Shown here piece after piece: positions 18,905 to 29,831 of a DNA stretch of 64,000 nucleotides. The position numbers and the translations under genes are program-made. The stretch lies in sequence record SRR20825019_1453. The stretch is one strand, 5' to 3'. Numbering within the stretch: the stretch's first letter is position 1; the number at the start of each line of letters is the position of its first letter. The notes beneath the pieces are model-generated. The model saw nothing but the letters and a program-made list of their open reading frames with translations. It had not been told where the DNA came from and searched no databases.

Positions 18905-20353
18905 ATGGCATTAAAACAACATCTTGCACACAAACTAGAACAACGTCTCTCTCCTCAACAAATTCAGTTGATGAAGTTGTTGCAAGTGCCAACAATGGAA
19001 TTAGATCAACGGATTAAGCAAGAAATTGAAGAAAATCCCGCTTTGGAAGAAGGGGAGGACAAAGATGAGGATGAGTACGATGATGAAGAATTTGACAACA
19101 GTCAAGAGGAGACGAATTCAGAAGACGATTTTGATATAGACGACTATATCTCGGATGATGCGGATTATAAAACGCAAATCTCTAACAAGGGACGCGATGA
19201 AGAAGAAAAGGTAATTCCACTTTCGGGAGAACAAACATTTCAAGAGCGTCTTACGGAACAATTACATTTGCTTTATCTCAATGATCATGAGTTCATGATT
19301 GCTGATACGATTATCGGTAATCTTGATGAATCGGGCTACTTGAAACGAGAAGTGGAAGCAATTGTGGATGATTTGGCTTTCTCTGCAAATGTAATGACAA
19401 CCGAAGAGGAAGTAGAAAAAGTACTGGAAATTATTCAAGATCTCGACCCAGCGGGTGTTGGTGCACGTGATTTGAGAGAGTGTTTACTTCTTCAGATTAA
19501 TCGTAAACAGGATGGCGACATCACAAAGTTTACGGCAAAGAAAATATTAGAAAATCATTTCGAGGAATTCACGAAAAAGCACTATTCAAGGATTACAAAG
19601 AAGCTTGAGATTAGCGACGAAGACCTCAAAGAAGCAATAGACGAAATTGTTAGACTGAATCCAAAACCGGGTGGGTCTATGAAAGAATCAGCTGGGAATT
19701 TTCAACAAATTATTCCAGATTTCATGATTGTCGAAAATGAAGGGTTACTTCAGCTTACAATTAATGGAAGAAACGCGCCAGAATTAAAGGTGAGTAGAGA
19801 TTACAAGCAAATGCTTCAACGATATGCGGAAGGTGCCAAGCCAACTAAATCAGATAAAGAAGCATTGAGTTTTGTTCGTCAAAAATTGGATGGAGCAAAG
19901 TGGTTCATAGATGCGATAAAGCAACGTCAGAATACACTTTTGCTTACCATGGATGCCATCATGAACTATCAGAAAAGCTATTTTCTAACGGGAGATGAAA
20001 CGAACCTACGTCCTATGATCCTAAAGGATATTGCCGAGATCGTAAACTTGGATATTTCCACCATTTCGCGGGTAGCAAATAGCAAATATGTTCAAACGAC
20101 TAATGGAATCTTTTCTTTAAAATATTTCTTCTCGGAGTCGCTTTCAACGGATTCTGGAGAAGAGGTTTCAACGCGAGAAGTAAAGAAAATTTTATCCGAA
20201 GCAATTGAAAATGAAGCGAAACGAAAACCTCTTACGGACGAAAAACTCGCAGATTTATTGAAAGACAAAGGATACAATATCGCAAGAAGAACAGTCGCGA
20301 AATACCGAGAGCAATTGAATATTCCAGTTGCTCGATTAAGAAAAGAACTCTAG
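18905..20353 (+). CDS. rpoN: RNA polymerase sigma-54 factor
   Basis: Gln-rich region I, EENPALE, STISRV and the RpoN box ARRTVAKYRE. Confidence 0.97.
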   Translation: MALKQHLAHKLEQRLSPQQIQLMKLLQVPTMELDQRIKQEIEENPALEEGEDKDEDEYDDEEFDNSQEETNSEDDFDIDDYISDDADYKTQISNKGRDEEEKVIPLSGEQTFQERLTEQLHLLYLNDHEFMIADTIIGNLDESGYLKREVEAIVDDLAFSANVMTTEEEVEKVLEIIQDLDPAGVGARDLRECLLLQINRKQDGDITKFTAKKILENHFEEFTKKHYSRITKKLEISDEDLKEAIDEIVRLNPKPGGSMKESAGNFQQIIPDFMIVENEGLLQLTINGRNAPELKVSRDYKQMLQRYAEGAKPTKSDKEALSFVRQKLDGAKWFIDAIKQRQNTLLLTMDAIMNYQKSYFLTGDETNLRPMILKDIAEIVNLDISTISRVANSKYVQTTNGIFSLKYFFSESLSTDSGEEVSTREVKKILSEAIENEAKRKPLTDEKLADLLKDKGYNIARRTVAKYREQLNIPVARLRKEL

Positions 20354-21000
20354 TGGAAAAAGTAGCAAAACTAGTATCGTGGATTTTTCTGCCTTTGCTT
20401 ACGCCAGTTTTTGGAATTGCACTCGCGCTTTATTTGCCCTCTGAGCAGGATTATTTTTCGATCAACTCAGATTGCCTTTATACAATTCCGCACGAACGAA
20501 AATGGGCAATCTTACTGATGTTCTTCTTTTTTAGTGCGCTCACACCAGCAGTGATTTTCTATAATCTAAAAGTCCGTGGTAAAATCTCAACGATAGAAAT
20601 AGACGATCGAAGAGAACGGAACTTGCCGATTACAATTATGTTCTTGAGTTGCTTGGCACTCTTTTTGTCATTCATTTTCTTAGTAGGACATTTACCTGTT
20701 CCTAAATTCTTCTTTTCATATCCTTTGGCAGGGATGGTTTCTTCTTTAGCATTCTACTTTTTGACACAGTGGAAAAAAGTGAGTCTGCACACCGGAGGAA
20801 TTGGAATAATGACAGGGTTTCTGATCAGCTATGTCGCGCTAATGGAAAGTTCGTCTTTTTGGATAATTCCCGTAGCGATCATTATTTCGGGGTTGGTTGC
20901 ATCTGCGCGAATGTACCTTGGAAAGCATACGCTCCTTGAAGTAACGATTGGATGGTTTACAGGAACTTTTCTTACTTTTATGGTCAATTATTTTTACTAG
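20353..21000 (+). CDS. PAP2-superfamily-like membrane protein
   Basis: Multiple TM segments with KVSLH and SARMYLGKHT motifs; GTG start overlapping the rpoN stop. Confidence 0.75.
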   Translation: MEKVAKLVSWIFLPLLTPVFGIALALYLPSEQDYFSINSDCLYTIPHERKWAILLMFFFFSALTPAVIFYNLKVRGKISTIEIDDRRERNLPITIMFLSCLALFLSFIFLVGHLPVPKFFFSYPLAGMVSSLAFYFLTQWKKVSLHTGGIGIMTGFLISYVALMESSSFWIIPVAIIISGLVASARMYLGKHTLLEVTIGWFTGTFLTFMVNYFY

Positions 21001-21019
21001 AAATTAATTAAAATCAAAC

Positions 21020-21826
21020 ATGAGGAAGTTTAAAATAGCACTGGCATTAGCACTCGTTTCTGTTGCAGCAGCTTGTGGTGTGTTCAACGAAAAAAATAAA
21101 GGAAAAGGATTCAACCTGTTCACGGTTCAACAGGATAAAGATTTCGGAGCACAAGTAGCTACGGAAATTGACGGAAATCCAGCTGAATATCCATTGTTGG
21201 ATTCAGTTAAATATAAAGACGTTTACGCATACGTATACAACGTGAGAGACAAAATCTTGAACTCAGGAAAAGTCGATTTTAAAGATGATTTTCAATGGCG
21301 TTTGAGAGTAATTCACGATGACAGTACACTTAACGCATTTTGTACTCCTGGAGGATACATTTATATCTATACTGGAATCTTGAAATTCTTGGAATCAGAG
21401 GATGAATTTGCAGGTGTTTTGGGACATGAAATTGCACATGCTGACATGCGTCACTCAACACGTCAAATGACCCAAATGTTTGGTGTGCAAATGCTCGTGG
21501 ATGTTATTGCAGGAGACCGTGCAGCATTGAAGCAAGTTACTTCAGCACTGGTTGGATTAAAATTCTCTCGTAACCACGAAACGGAAGCGGATAAAAAATC
21601 AGTTGCTTACTTATGTCCAACAGACTATAACGCAGCTGGTGGAGCTGGGTTTTTCAAGAAAATACAGGAGTTAGGTGGAGGAAGAACACCAGAGTTTTTA
21701 AGCACACATCCAGACCCAGGAAATAGAATTGAGGACTTCGAAAATGAGAAGATAACAAACGGTTGCGCAGGAAATAAAACGTACCAAACGGAGTATGCTG
21801 CCATGATAGCCAAGCTTCCTAAGTAG
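21020..21826 (+). CDS. M48 family metalloprotease, lipoprotein
   Basis: Lipobox AAAC; NAFCTPGG, HEIAH zinc motif, ETEAD and STHP. Confidence 0.92.
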   Translation: MRKFKIALALALVSVAAACGVFNEKNKGKGFNLFTVQQDKDFGAQVATEIDGNPAEYPLLDSVKYKDVYAYVYNVRDKILNSGKVDFKDDFQWRLRVIHDDSTLNAFCTPGGYIYIYTGILKFLESEDEFAGVLGHEIAHADMRHSTRQMTQMFGVQMLVDVIAGDRAALKQVTSALVGLKFSRNHETEADKKSVAYLCPTDYNAAGGAGFFKKIQELGGGRTPEFLSTHPDPGNRIEDFENEKITNGCAGNKTYQTEYAAMIAKLPK

Positions 21827-21856
21827 TTTGATAATCATTCAACAATTAAATCTTTT

Positions 21857-21892
21857 AGAAGAAGTCGCTGATTTGGCGACTTTTTCTTATTT
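21857..21892 (+). terminator. Intrinsic terminator
   Basis: AGAAGAAGTCGC...GCGACTTTTTCT hairpin with T-tract. Confidence 0.7.
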
Positions 21893-21924
21893 TAGGTAAA
21901 ATCGTATCGCCGAAACATTCTATT

Positions 21925-22917
21925 ATGAAAACGAAAAGAACATCACTCAATGATATTGCTAAGGCACTTAACGTGTCAAAAGCGACCGTATCTTTTGTAC
22001 TAAATGACAAGGGTGATCAGTTCAATATCAGCAAGGAGAAACAGCGACTGATTAAGGAAAAAGCTAAGGAGTTATTGTACGTTCCTAATTTTTTCGCGAA
22101 GAGCTTGCGTCAAGGCGAAACTAATACGATTGGTTTAGTCCTTCCTGACATATCCAATGCGTTTTACGCCGAACTTTCTAAAACAATTCAAGAGAAATTG
22201 TATGCGGAAGGGTACAGCACTTTTATCGTGAACACAAACGATAATGAGGAAGTTGAGAAAATATTGATGAATGAGCTTATTCAACGAAGTATCGACGGAA
22301 TGATTATCGCTCCAAGTAATAACATTAACGAGTTAATTCCTATTCTTCATTCAACTCACATTCCTGTTGTTTTTGCTGATCGTCCGGGAGATGAAAATGC
22401 AGATTTTGTTGGTGTAGACAATAAGAAGGAAACAAGTTTACTCGTAGGGAAATTTTCTATTCAACCCAAGAAGTTGGCAGTTTTAGCACCTATTAAAAAC
22501 TCGGTAATCACCATTTTGAAACGCATTGAAGGAACTCAAATGGCGTGCGCTGAAGCTGGAATTCCTTTCTCTCAAGTAAATTTATCTGATAACGAAGACG
22601 AATTTGTCAAATTACTGAAAAAGGAAATCGACAATGGTGTAGATTCATTCATTGCCCTGAACAATCAATGTACATTAAGTGCATTGGCTGGGTTCAGAAA
22701 GCTTGGACTTCAACTTCCAAAAGATGTTCGTTTAATTTCATTTGATGATAGCTTAGCGTTCGAATACATGTATCCGCCAGTTTCTGCGCTCAGACAACCT
22801 GTAAACGATATTGGATTGAAGTCTGTAGCTCGTTTGTACGAACGAATCAAGGAAACCAAAGATCCAGGGAAACACTTTATGTTGGATTGTACATTTATCG
22901 CTAGAGAAACGCACTAA
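21925..22917 (+). CDS. LacI family transcriptional regulator
   Basis: SLNDIAKALNVSKATVSFVLN HTH; YVPNFFAKSL hinge; ISFDD. Confidence 0.93.
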   Translation: MKTKRTSLNDIAKALNVSKATVSFVLNDKGDQFNISKEKQRLIKEKAKELLYVPNFFAKSLRQGETNTIGLVLPDISNAFYAELSKTIQEKLYAEGYSTFIVNTNDNEEVEKILMNELIQRSIDGMIIAPSNNINELIPILHSTHIPVVFADRPGDENADFVGVDNKKETSLLVGKFSIQPKKLAVLAPIKNSVITILKRIEGTQMACAEAGIPFSQVNLSDNEDEFVKLLKKEIDNGVDSFIALNNQCTLSALAGFRKLGLQLPKDVRLISFDDSLAFEYMYPPVSALRQPVNDIGLKSVARLYERIKETKDPGKHFMLDCTFIARETH

Positions 22918-24719
22918 TTGCCTGAAACCATAAATCTTTTCGTTTCCATATTGCCTTTTGCACTCGTAAATCGAGCAATGTAAACACCTGAAGACAAGAA
23001 CGCGATTCGTAAACTTCTGTCGGAAATCAATTCCTCGGATTCATATACAACTTGCCCCATTTGGTTATACAAACTGAAAGATGAAGCCTCAGTTAATTCG
23101 GCATGGATTAAATCCTGAGTAACGCTAAAAGAAGAAATTAAAGATGTTTCAGAAGAACATATTTTTCCTTTGATTAACTCAGATGTCTCGAACGACCCAT
23201 CGAAATCGATAGCTCTAATTCGATAATAGCTGTCACTTTCCATAACGACATTTAGTGAATAAGCATTTGTTTCGTCCGATGTTCCAACGGCTTTTACCTC
23301 GCCAATTGGGTAGAAAGTAACTCCGTCAGCTGTTTTTTCTACAACGAAGTAGTCCAAATTTCTCTCTGATAATGTTTCCCATTGGAAGACTTGATTTTCT
23401 CCTTCGCAATTTGCTTCGAAGCGCGACATTTCGGTTGGAAGAATAATAACCGTTTCAGGACAAAAATATTGTTGGTTATTCAACGCTCCTGTGGATGCTG
23501 TTGCTCCCCAATAAACTAGACTGTTGCCTCCAAAAACATTCGTTACAAAATCATAACTACATGTCAAACGAAGCGCTCCATTAAAGTAAACGCTCAATTG
23601 CTGCAACGGTGCGTTCCATTGGATCATAACAGGATATGTATTTCCGTCATCTATGTTTGCTCCATTTGGTTTAGCTGTCACAGGTCCACAAAAGGGAGTT
23701 CCGTTGGCATGATCACCGTCAATTTCAATGGCGATGTGATCTGCGAGCATATCATAAACGTGTATAGGGAAATCATTATCGTAGGTATCAAACTCGATTG
23801 AAACAGCATTCGAAATACCTCCAGCACCCATGTGCTTCCCATTGTCTCCACAGGCAGTTGATGAACTGGATTGAAAGGTAAATGTTGAACCATCTGCTCC
23901 TAAAACAGATGCTCCAAAATAATATTCTAAAGACAAAGAAAACGAGCTTGCAAAATCAATTTGTTTTCCGCTCCAGGCACATCCGCCCTGACTGTTTTTT
24001 GCCGAAGTTAATTCAATGCAATCACGACCTGAAACATTGATATCGGTAGCAGTTCCGTTGAGTGTCCAACATCCGCCGATATATGCCGGAAGCGTAGCGC
24101 TTTGAATAGTAGATGTCCCGCATGCGGATGTGTATCGAATTGAATACGTTGCTCCATCAACACCATTGGTAATATTTCCTGTGGTTGTATTCAATACAGA
24201 ACCATCACTAGGGTTAGATGGATACCAAGAAAATGTTCCACCTGGTGTACCTGTAATGGTTGTAATTACTCCGTTACAAACTGCATCCATATAGAAAGTA
24301 GGTGAGGTTTGTCCTCCACGACGGTATGCCATAGTCCCTTGGTAAGATCCAGAGGTTCCACAACCCGCATCTGTAATTAAAACGCGAATTGTTCCCGTGA
24401 GATTTGCAGTCCATGAGATTTGAGAACATCCCGATGAATACCCTGCAAAAGCTAGTTGGGAAGTGCCATTTGAATTAAGGATGGTGATTTCTGGATAAAG
24501 ATTTCCACTAGAACCTCCATTTGAGCAGAAAGTAAAATCATACGTTCTACCGCATTGAACATTAATTGTGTAGTAGCGACCGTCTCTAACGGACTGAGTT
24601 TGGAAATTGCTTGAAGGGTAGAGATTTCCGTAGGAACTTCCACCGGTGCATGCGTTCGAAAAATTGGAAATAATTAGGGTAATCCAAATAATGGAAAGGC
24701 TTTTCAGGAGAGTGTGCAT
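22914..24719 (-). CDS. T9SS-secreted protein with a legume (L-type) lectin domain
   Basis: Signal peptide; GADGSTF, SIEFDTY, DHIAI and YWGATASTG lectin motifs; ILPTEMSRF linker and a CTD (LYNQMGQ...GVYIARF). Confidence 0.85.
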   Translation of the reverse strand: MHTLLKSLSIIWITLIISNFSNACTGGSSYGNLYPSSNFQTQSVRDGRYYTINVQCGRTYDFTFCSNGGSSGNLYPEITILNSNGTSQLAFAGYSSGCSQISWTANLTGTIRVLITDAGCGTSGSYQGTMAYRRGGQTSPTFYMDAVCNGVITTITGTPGGTFSWYPSNPSDGSVLNTTTGNITNGVDGATYSIRYTSACGTSTIQSATLPAYIGGCWTLNGTATDINVSGRDCIELTSAKNSQGGCAWSGKQIDFASSFSLSLEYYFGASVLGADGSTFTFQSSSSTACGDNGKHMGAGGISNAVSIEFDTYDNDFPIHVYDMLADHIAIEIDGDHANGTPFCGPVTAKPNGANIDDGNTYPVMIQWNAPLQQLSVYFNGALRLTCSYDFVTNVFGGNSLVYWGATASTGALNNQQYFCPETVIILPTEMSRFEANCEGENQVFQWETLSERNLDYFVVEKTADGVTFYPIGEVKAVGTSDETNAYSLNVVMESDSYYRIRAIDFDGSFETSELIKGKICSSETSLISSFSVTQDLIHAELTEASSFSLYNQMGQVVYESEELISDRSLRIAFLSSGVYIARFTSAKGNMETKRFMVSGN

Positions 24720-24735
24720 TCTAGTAAATTTTCTG

Positions 24736-24743
24736 CAAAGGTA
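24736..24743 (-). promoter_or_regulatory. Bacteroidota sigma-A -7 element for the lectin gene
   Basis: TACCTTTG on the minus strand, 16 bp upstream of the ATG; matches TAnnTTTG. Confidence 0.6.
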
Positions 24744-24944
24744 GAGATACTATAGATTAATTCACACTTTTAACCGTTAAATGTATTTTTTTAACGTTTC
24801 AGGGTATGATCTTTTATGGAGATATTTACTGTAAATCGAATGGATACAAGTAGTTACCTGTTCTTCTTTTACATTGTTTGTAATTTGGAATCGAGCTGTT
24901 CTATTATAGTTGCATTTTAGTTCGATCAATGTAAAATGCTATGG

Positions 24945-24980
24945 AATAAACAAAAGGGAGCGAAATGATATCCGCTCCCT
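24945..24980 (-). terminator. Intrinsic terminator of lysS
   Basis: AGGGAGCG/CGCTCCCT stem followed by TTTGTTTATT on the minus strand. Confidence 0.8.
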
Positions 24981-25005
24981 ATATATTATACTGAGTATTC
25001 GATTT

Positions 25006-26718
25006 TTAATTTACAATTTCAACGATTAGGTTGTCTCCTGTCTTCGTAACTTGTGTTAGACCATGTTTTGCTAATCCTTTCACAGCCACATCCCATTGCT
25101 TATTACTCAATGCGGCTTGTTCTTTCAAAACCATTAAATCCATCGAGGTTTCCTTAGAAAGAAGGTTAAAAATTAATTTTTCGTTTTCCGTCAATTCGAC
25201 TTTTTTCTCGGCTTTTTTCTCTGGTCGCATTTGAGGGAAGAACAATACTTCCTGAATAGACTGATTGTTTGTTAGAAACATAATCAAGCGATCCATTCCG
25301 ATTCCTAAACCAGATGTTGGCGGCATTCCATATTCGAGTGCACGCAAGAAATCTTGATCAATTAATCCATTTGCTTCGTCATCGCCTTTTTCTGCTAGTC
25401 GAACTTGCTCCTCAAAACGCTCGCGCTGATCGATAGGATCGTTCAACTCCGAATAGGCATTTGCGATTTCTTTTCCGCAGACCATTAACTCAAAACGCTC
25501 CGTCAAACTTGGATCATCTCTGTGTTCTTTACACAACGGTGACATTTCCTTTGGATAATCTGTAATGAACGTCGGTTGGATATAATTTCCTTCACATTTC
25601 TCACCGAACATTTCGTCGATCAGCTTTCCTTTCCCCATCGTTTCATCGACGGAAATTCCCATGCCTTTAGCTGCAGCGCGCAATTCATCTTCCGATTTAT
25701 CTTTGATGTCGTAACCTGTGAAATCAATGATTGCTTGGCGCATAGTAACGCGTTTGTACGGTGCTTTGAAATCGATCTTATGCTCACCAAATGTAGTTTC
25801 GCTCGTTCCATTAACGGCAATTGCACAATGCTCCAACAAACTTTCGGTGAATTCCATCATCCAATTGTAATCCTTGTAAGAAACATAGATTTCCATTGCC
25901 GTAAACTCTGGATTGTGCGTTCTGTCCATTCCTTCATTTCTGAAGTTCTTAGAAAACTCATACACGCCGTCAAATCCACCGCAAATCAATCGTTTCAAGT
26001 ACAATTCATTCGCAATTCGCATGTATAATGGGATATCCAGAGCATTATGATGCGTAATGAAAGGTCTTGCAGATGCTCCACCAGCAATTGCTTGTAAAAT
26101 CGGAGTCTCGACTTCCATATAACCAGCGTCATTGAAGAAATTCCGCATGGCAGAAAACAATTTTGTTCGCTTTGCAAATACTTCTTTCACGTGAGGATTT
26201 ACCACTAAATCCGCATAGCGCTGACGGTATCTCATTTCTGGATCAGTGAACGCATCGTGCACTTTTCCATCTTTATCTGTTTTTGGCAACGGAAGTGGTT
26301 TGAGCGATTTACTCAACAACTCAAATTCCGACACATTAATAGAAATCTCTCCTACTTGTGTTTTGAAAAGTGTTCCTTTCACACCTATAAAATCACCCAA
26401 GTCGAGTAATTTCTTGAAGACGTCATTGTAAAGCGATTTATCTTCTCCAGGACAAATTTCATCTCTGTTAAAGTACACTTGCAATCTGCCCGAACTATCT
26501 TGAATTTCTGTAAACGATGCTTTTCCCATTACACGCTGACTCATCATTCTACCAGCAATGCATACCTGTTTACCTTCCTCGAACTTCTCCTTTATTTCCT
26601 TTGTCAAAATAGACACAGGATACAATGCGGCAGGGTAAGGGTTGATTCCCATTTCCCGCAATTTCGTCAGCTTTTCTCTCCGCTGAATCTCTTGATCGGA
26701 TAATTCGATAGAACTCAT
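25006..26718 (-). CDS. lysS: Lysine--tRNA ligase (class II) with a C-terminal extension
   Basis: MGKASF, YRQRYADL, FRNEGMDRTHNPEF and GLGIGMDR motifs. Confidence 0.97.
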   Translation of the reverse strand: MSSIELSDQEIQRREKLTKLREMGINPYPAALYPVSILTKEIKEKFEEGKQVCIAGRMMSQRVMGKASFTEIQDSSGRLQVYFNRDEICPGEDKSLYNDVFKKLLDLGDFIGVKGTLFKTQVGEISINVSEFELLSKSLKPLPLPKTDKDGKVHDAFTDPEMRYRQRYADLVVNPHVKEVFAKRTKLFSAMRNFFNDAGYMEVETPILQAIAGGASARPFITHHNALDIPLYMRIANELYLKRLICGGFDGVYEFSKNFRNEGMDRTHNPEFTAMEIYVSYKDYNWMMEFTESLLEHCAIAVNGTSETTFGEHKIDFKAPYKRVTMRQAIIDFTGYDIKDKSEDELRAAAKGMGISVDETMGKGKLIDEMFGEKCEGNYIQPTFITDYPKEMSPLCKEHRDDPSLTERFELMVCGKEIANAYSELNDPIDQRERFEEQVRLAEKGDDEANGLIDQDFLRALEYGMPPTSGLGIGMDRLIMFLTNNQSIQEVLFFPQMRPEKKAEKKVELTENEKLIFNLLSKETSMDLMVLKEQAALSNKQWDVAVKGLAKHGLTQVTKTGDNLIVEIVN

Positions 26719-26757
26719 TTTGTAATTTTTGTTTTTTTTATCTCAAAAATAAGGCTG

Positions 26758-26765
26758 CAAAGATA
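26758..26765 (-). promoter_or_regulatory. -7 element for lysS
   Basis: TATCTTTG on the minus strand, followed by CAGCC. Confidence 0.65.
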
Positions 26766-26886
26766 AGTATTATTCGATGGATTAAAGGTTTAGAGAGAGT
26801 GCACTATTTGTGAAATTCACAACATCCACTGCATAAATGTGTGTTGATCGATCTCTTATCCTCAATATTCCAAGTATCTTTGAAAA

Positions 26887-27435
26887 ATGGACGTGAACGT
26901 AATTAAGGCATTGCACATCATTTTTGTGGTAAGTTGGTTCGCTGGGCTATTTTATATAGTGCGATTATTTATTTATCACACTGAAGCGCAAGAGAGAATC
27001 GAAACGGAAAGAAAAGTGCTTTCTGATCAATTCGAAATCATGGAATCAAAGTTATGGTGGATTATTACGACTCCCGCGATGATCTTAACATTTGTTTTCG
27101 GAATTTGGATGCTCATTCTCAATTGGGGTTATTACTTTAGCGGTGCACCGTCTGCCCGATGGATGCACATTAAGTTGGCATTCGTTGGAGTATTGCTGAT
27201 TTACCATTTTGTGTGTCAAAAAATTATGTTTGACCTGAAAAAAGGTAAGTTTAATTGGAAATCAAATGGTTTACGCATGTGGAACGAAGTGGCAACGCTC
27301 GCTTTGGTTGCAATTGTGTTTTTGGTGACCCTTAAAAATACAATGACGTGGTGGAAAGGAACATTGGGCTTTTTCGCAGTAGCAATTGGACTAATGATTT
27401 TAATTAAGATCTATAAACGAATAAGAACAAAATAA
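26887..27435 (+). CDS. hemJ: Protoporphyrinogen oxidase HemJ (CopD-like family)
   Basis: KALHIIFVVSWFAGLFYIVRLFIYH, WMHIKL and RMWNEV motifs. Confidence 0.88.
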   Translation: MDVNVIKALHIIFVVSWFAGLFYIVRLFIYHTEAQERIETERKVLSDQFEIMESKLWWIITTPAMILTFVFGIWMLILNWGYYFSGAPSARWMHIKLAFVGVLLIYHFVCQKIMFDLKKGKFNWKSNGLRMWNEVATLALVAIVFLVTLKNTMTWWKGTLGFFAVAIGLMILIKIYKRIRTK

Positions 27436-27444
27436 TTTAGAGAT

Positions 27445-28221
27445 ATGTACACAAATATCCTTGTTGAAAACAACAATAAAATTGCACGAGTAACGATCAA
27501 TCGCCCGAATCAGTTGAATGCGTTGAACAAAGAAACAATCGCTGAGTTACACACTGCTTTGAACAGCGCGAATGAAGATTCAAGTGTTGGGGTAATCATC
27601 TTGACGGGTTCTGGAGAAAAATCGTTTGTTGCTGGAGCAGATATCAAAGAATTTGCAGATTTTTCGATCGCTCAAGGTGGAGAATTGGCACAAAATGGTC
27701 AAGAAACATTATTTAGCTTCATTGAGAATCTTTCTAAACCAGTAATCGCAGCTGTGAACGGATTTGCATTGGGTGGAGGATTGGAGTTGGCGATGGCTTC
27801 GCACATTAGAGTGGCTTCTTCAAACGCGCGCATGGGACTTCCAGAAGTGAGCTTGGGTGTAATTCCGGGTTACGGTGGAACGCAAAGACTAACTCAATTG
27901 GTTGGTAAAGGAAAAGCGAACGAGATGGTATTCACTGCAGGAATGATTAAGGCTGACGAAGCGCTTCAGTGGGGATTAGTAAACTACGTGGTTGAGCAAG
28001 AAGAATTGTTGACAAAAGCGGAAGAAATCGCAGGAAAGATTCTGAACAATTCTCCAATGGCTATTTCTTCAGCAATTCGCGCAATCAACGCTAATTTTGA
28101 AGACGGAGTAAACGGTTTCAATGTGGAAATTGAAGAATTCGGAAAATGTTTTGGAACAAAGGATTTCACAGAAGGAACAACTGCATTCTTAGAGAAACGC
28201 AAACCTAATTTTCGCGACTAA
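27445..28221 (+). CDS. Enoyl-CoA hydratase/isomerase (crotonase family)
   Basis: FVAGADI, NGFALGGGLELA and PEVSLGVIPGYGGTQRL motifs. Confidence 0.93.
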   Translation: MYTNILVENNNKIARVTINRPNQLNALNKETIAELHTALNSANEDSSVGVIILTGSGEKSFVAGADIKEFADFSIAQGGELAQNGQETLFSFIENLSKPVIAAVNGFALGGGLELAMASHIRVASSNARMGLPEVSLGVIPGYGGTQRLTQLVGKGKANEMVFTAGMIKADEALQWGLVNYVVEQEELLTKAEEIAGKILNNSPMAISSAIRAINANFEDGVNGFNVEIEEFGKCFGTKDFTEGTTAFLEKRKPNFRD

Positions 28222-29700
28222 TTGAATCCGATTAAAAGTTTATTGGGGCAGACAGCCGTTTATGGGTTGCCGACTATCGTTGGTCGTCTCCTCAATTACT
28301 TTTTAGTACCACTCTACACGAGTGAGGACGTTTTTAAAAATCCAGCGGATTACGGCGTTGTTTCAGAGTTGTATGCGTGGGTTGCGTTTTTGATCATCTT
28401 GCTTCCATTGGGAATGGAAACTGCTTTTTTTAAGTTTTTGCACGATAAACCTGATCGAGACGAAGTGTTTCGAAGTAGTTTTTTAACGGTTATCGGATTT
28501 AATGCATTCTTTTTCATTCTGCTTCTTTTTGGCAGTCAGGGAATTGCGGATTTGATGATGTACTCTGAGCATCCTGAGTTCATTGTGTTACTGGGTGCCA
28601 TTGTTTGTGTCGACGCTATCGCAGCACTGCCAATGGCGAAATTGAGGGCTGAGAACAATGCGGTGAAGTTTACAACCATCCATTTCTCTGCTATTGTGGT
28701 GAATATTGGATTGAATTTATTCCTCATGTTGGTGGTGTTCAATCCAGATGAACCCATGGAGGGAGTATTATTCATTCTTATAGCTAACTTGCTCGCATCG
28801 TGCGTGAAGTTGGTTGGGACGTATAAGGATTTTCTCAATATTAAATGGAAGATCAATAAGCCACTTATTTTAGAAATGTTGACTTATTCTTTCCCGTTGG
28901 TAATTGCTGGTTTTGCTGGAATTATTAATGAAACCTTGGATAGAATCATGATGAAGCCACTTCTGATTGGTTCGGGAAACTCCAATGAACAAGCGCTTTT
29001 ACAAGTGGGGATTTACAGCGCGTGCTACAAATTGGCGATGATCGTCACGATCTTTCTTCAAGCGTATCGCTATGCGGCAGAACCATTTTTCTTTGCGCAG
29101 GCAAAAAATCAAGACAGAAATAAGATCTATGTGAAAGTCATGAACTACTTCGTGGCAGCCGTGTGTTTAGTCTTTTTGGGAGTTTCACTGAACATTGATA
29201 TTTTCAAATATTTCATTCAAAGTCCTAAGTATTGGATAGGATTGGGAGTTGTACCTATTCTTCTAATCGCAAATGTTTTTCTAGGTATTTATTACAATCA
29301 ATCTATTTGGTACAAACTCAGTGGACAAACACGTTTTGGAGCTTTTATCGCGATTGGCGGAGCAATAATAACAGTGCTTGTAAATATTGTTTTTATCCCT
29401 CTCTACGGTTTCTGGGCGAGTGCTTGGGCAACATTAGTTGTTTATGGATTGCAGATGGTTGCGTCGTATCTGCTCGGACAGAAATACTATCCAATTAAGT
29501 ATAACTTGCGAAAGTTTGGACTCTACTTCGGCCTTGCCATGTTTCTTTATTTGATCACTCTATTGTTTAATTTTGAAGTGTACGAAGAAGGTCTTAATTG
29601 GTCAAAGTTCTTTGTGCATAATTTCCTGATTGCGCTCTATGTATTCGTTGTTTGGTTTATTGAGAAGCCAAGTTTTAAAAGAGCGGCTACAATTGAGTAG
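28222..29700 (+). CDS. Polysaccharide biosynthesis protein / MOP-family flippase
   Basis: TTG start; many TM segments; GQTAVYG, GMETAFF and GIYSACYK motifs. Confidence 0.85.
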   Translation: MNPIKSLLGQTAVYGLPTIVGRLLNYFLVPLYTSEDVFKNPADYGVVSELYAWVAFLIILLPLGMETAFFKFLHDKPDRDEVFRSSFLTVIGFNAFFFILLLFGSQGIADLMMYSEHPEFIVLLGAIVCVDAIAALPMAKLRAENNAVKFTTIHFSAIVVNIGLNLFLMLVVFNPDEPMEGVLFILIANLLASCVKLVGTYKDFLNIKWKINKPLILEMLTYSFPLVIAGFAGIINETLDRIMMKPLLIGSGNSNEQALLQVGIYSACYKLAMIVTIFLQAYRYAAEPFFFAQAKNQDRNKIYVKVMNYFVAAVCLVFLGVSLNIDIFKYFIQSPKYWIGLGVVPILLIANVFLGIYYNQSIWYKLSGQTRFGAFIAIGGAIITVLVNIVFIPLYGFWASAWATLVVYGLQMVASYLLGQKYYPIKYNLRKFGLYFGLAMFLYLITLLFNFEVYEEGLNWSKFFVHNFLIALYVFVVWFIEKPSFKRAATIE

Positions 29701-29831
29701 AAATCTCTTCGAACAAATTCGTTTTAGTAGGCTCGTGAACACCAATGCGTTAGTAACTTGTGTGCATCAAGTTGATTTTAGAGCCTGTGAAAGCTGCCTT
29801 TTTAGTACTTTTGATAGAATAAACTGTCCGA

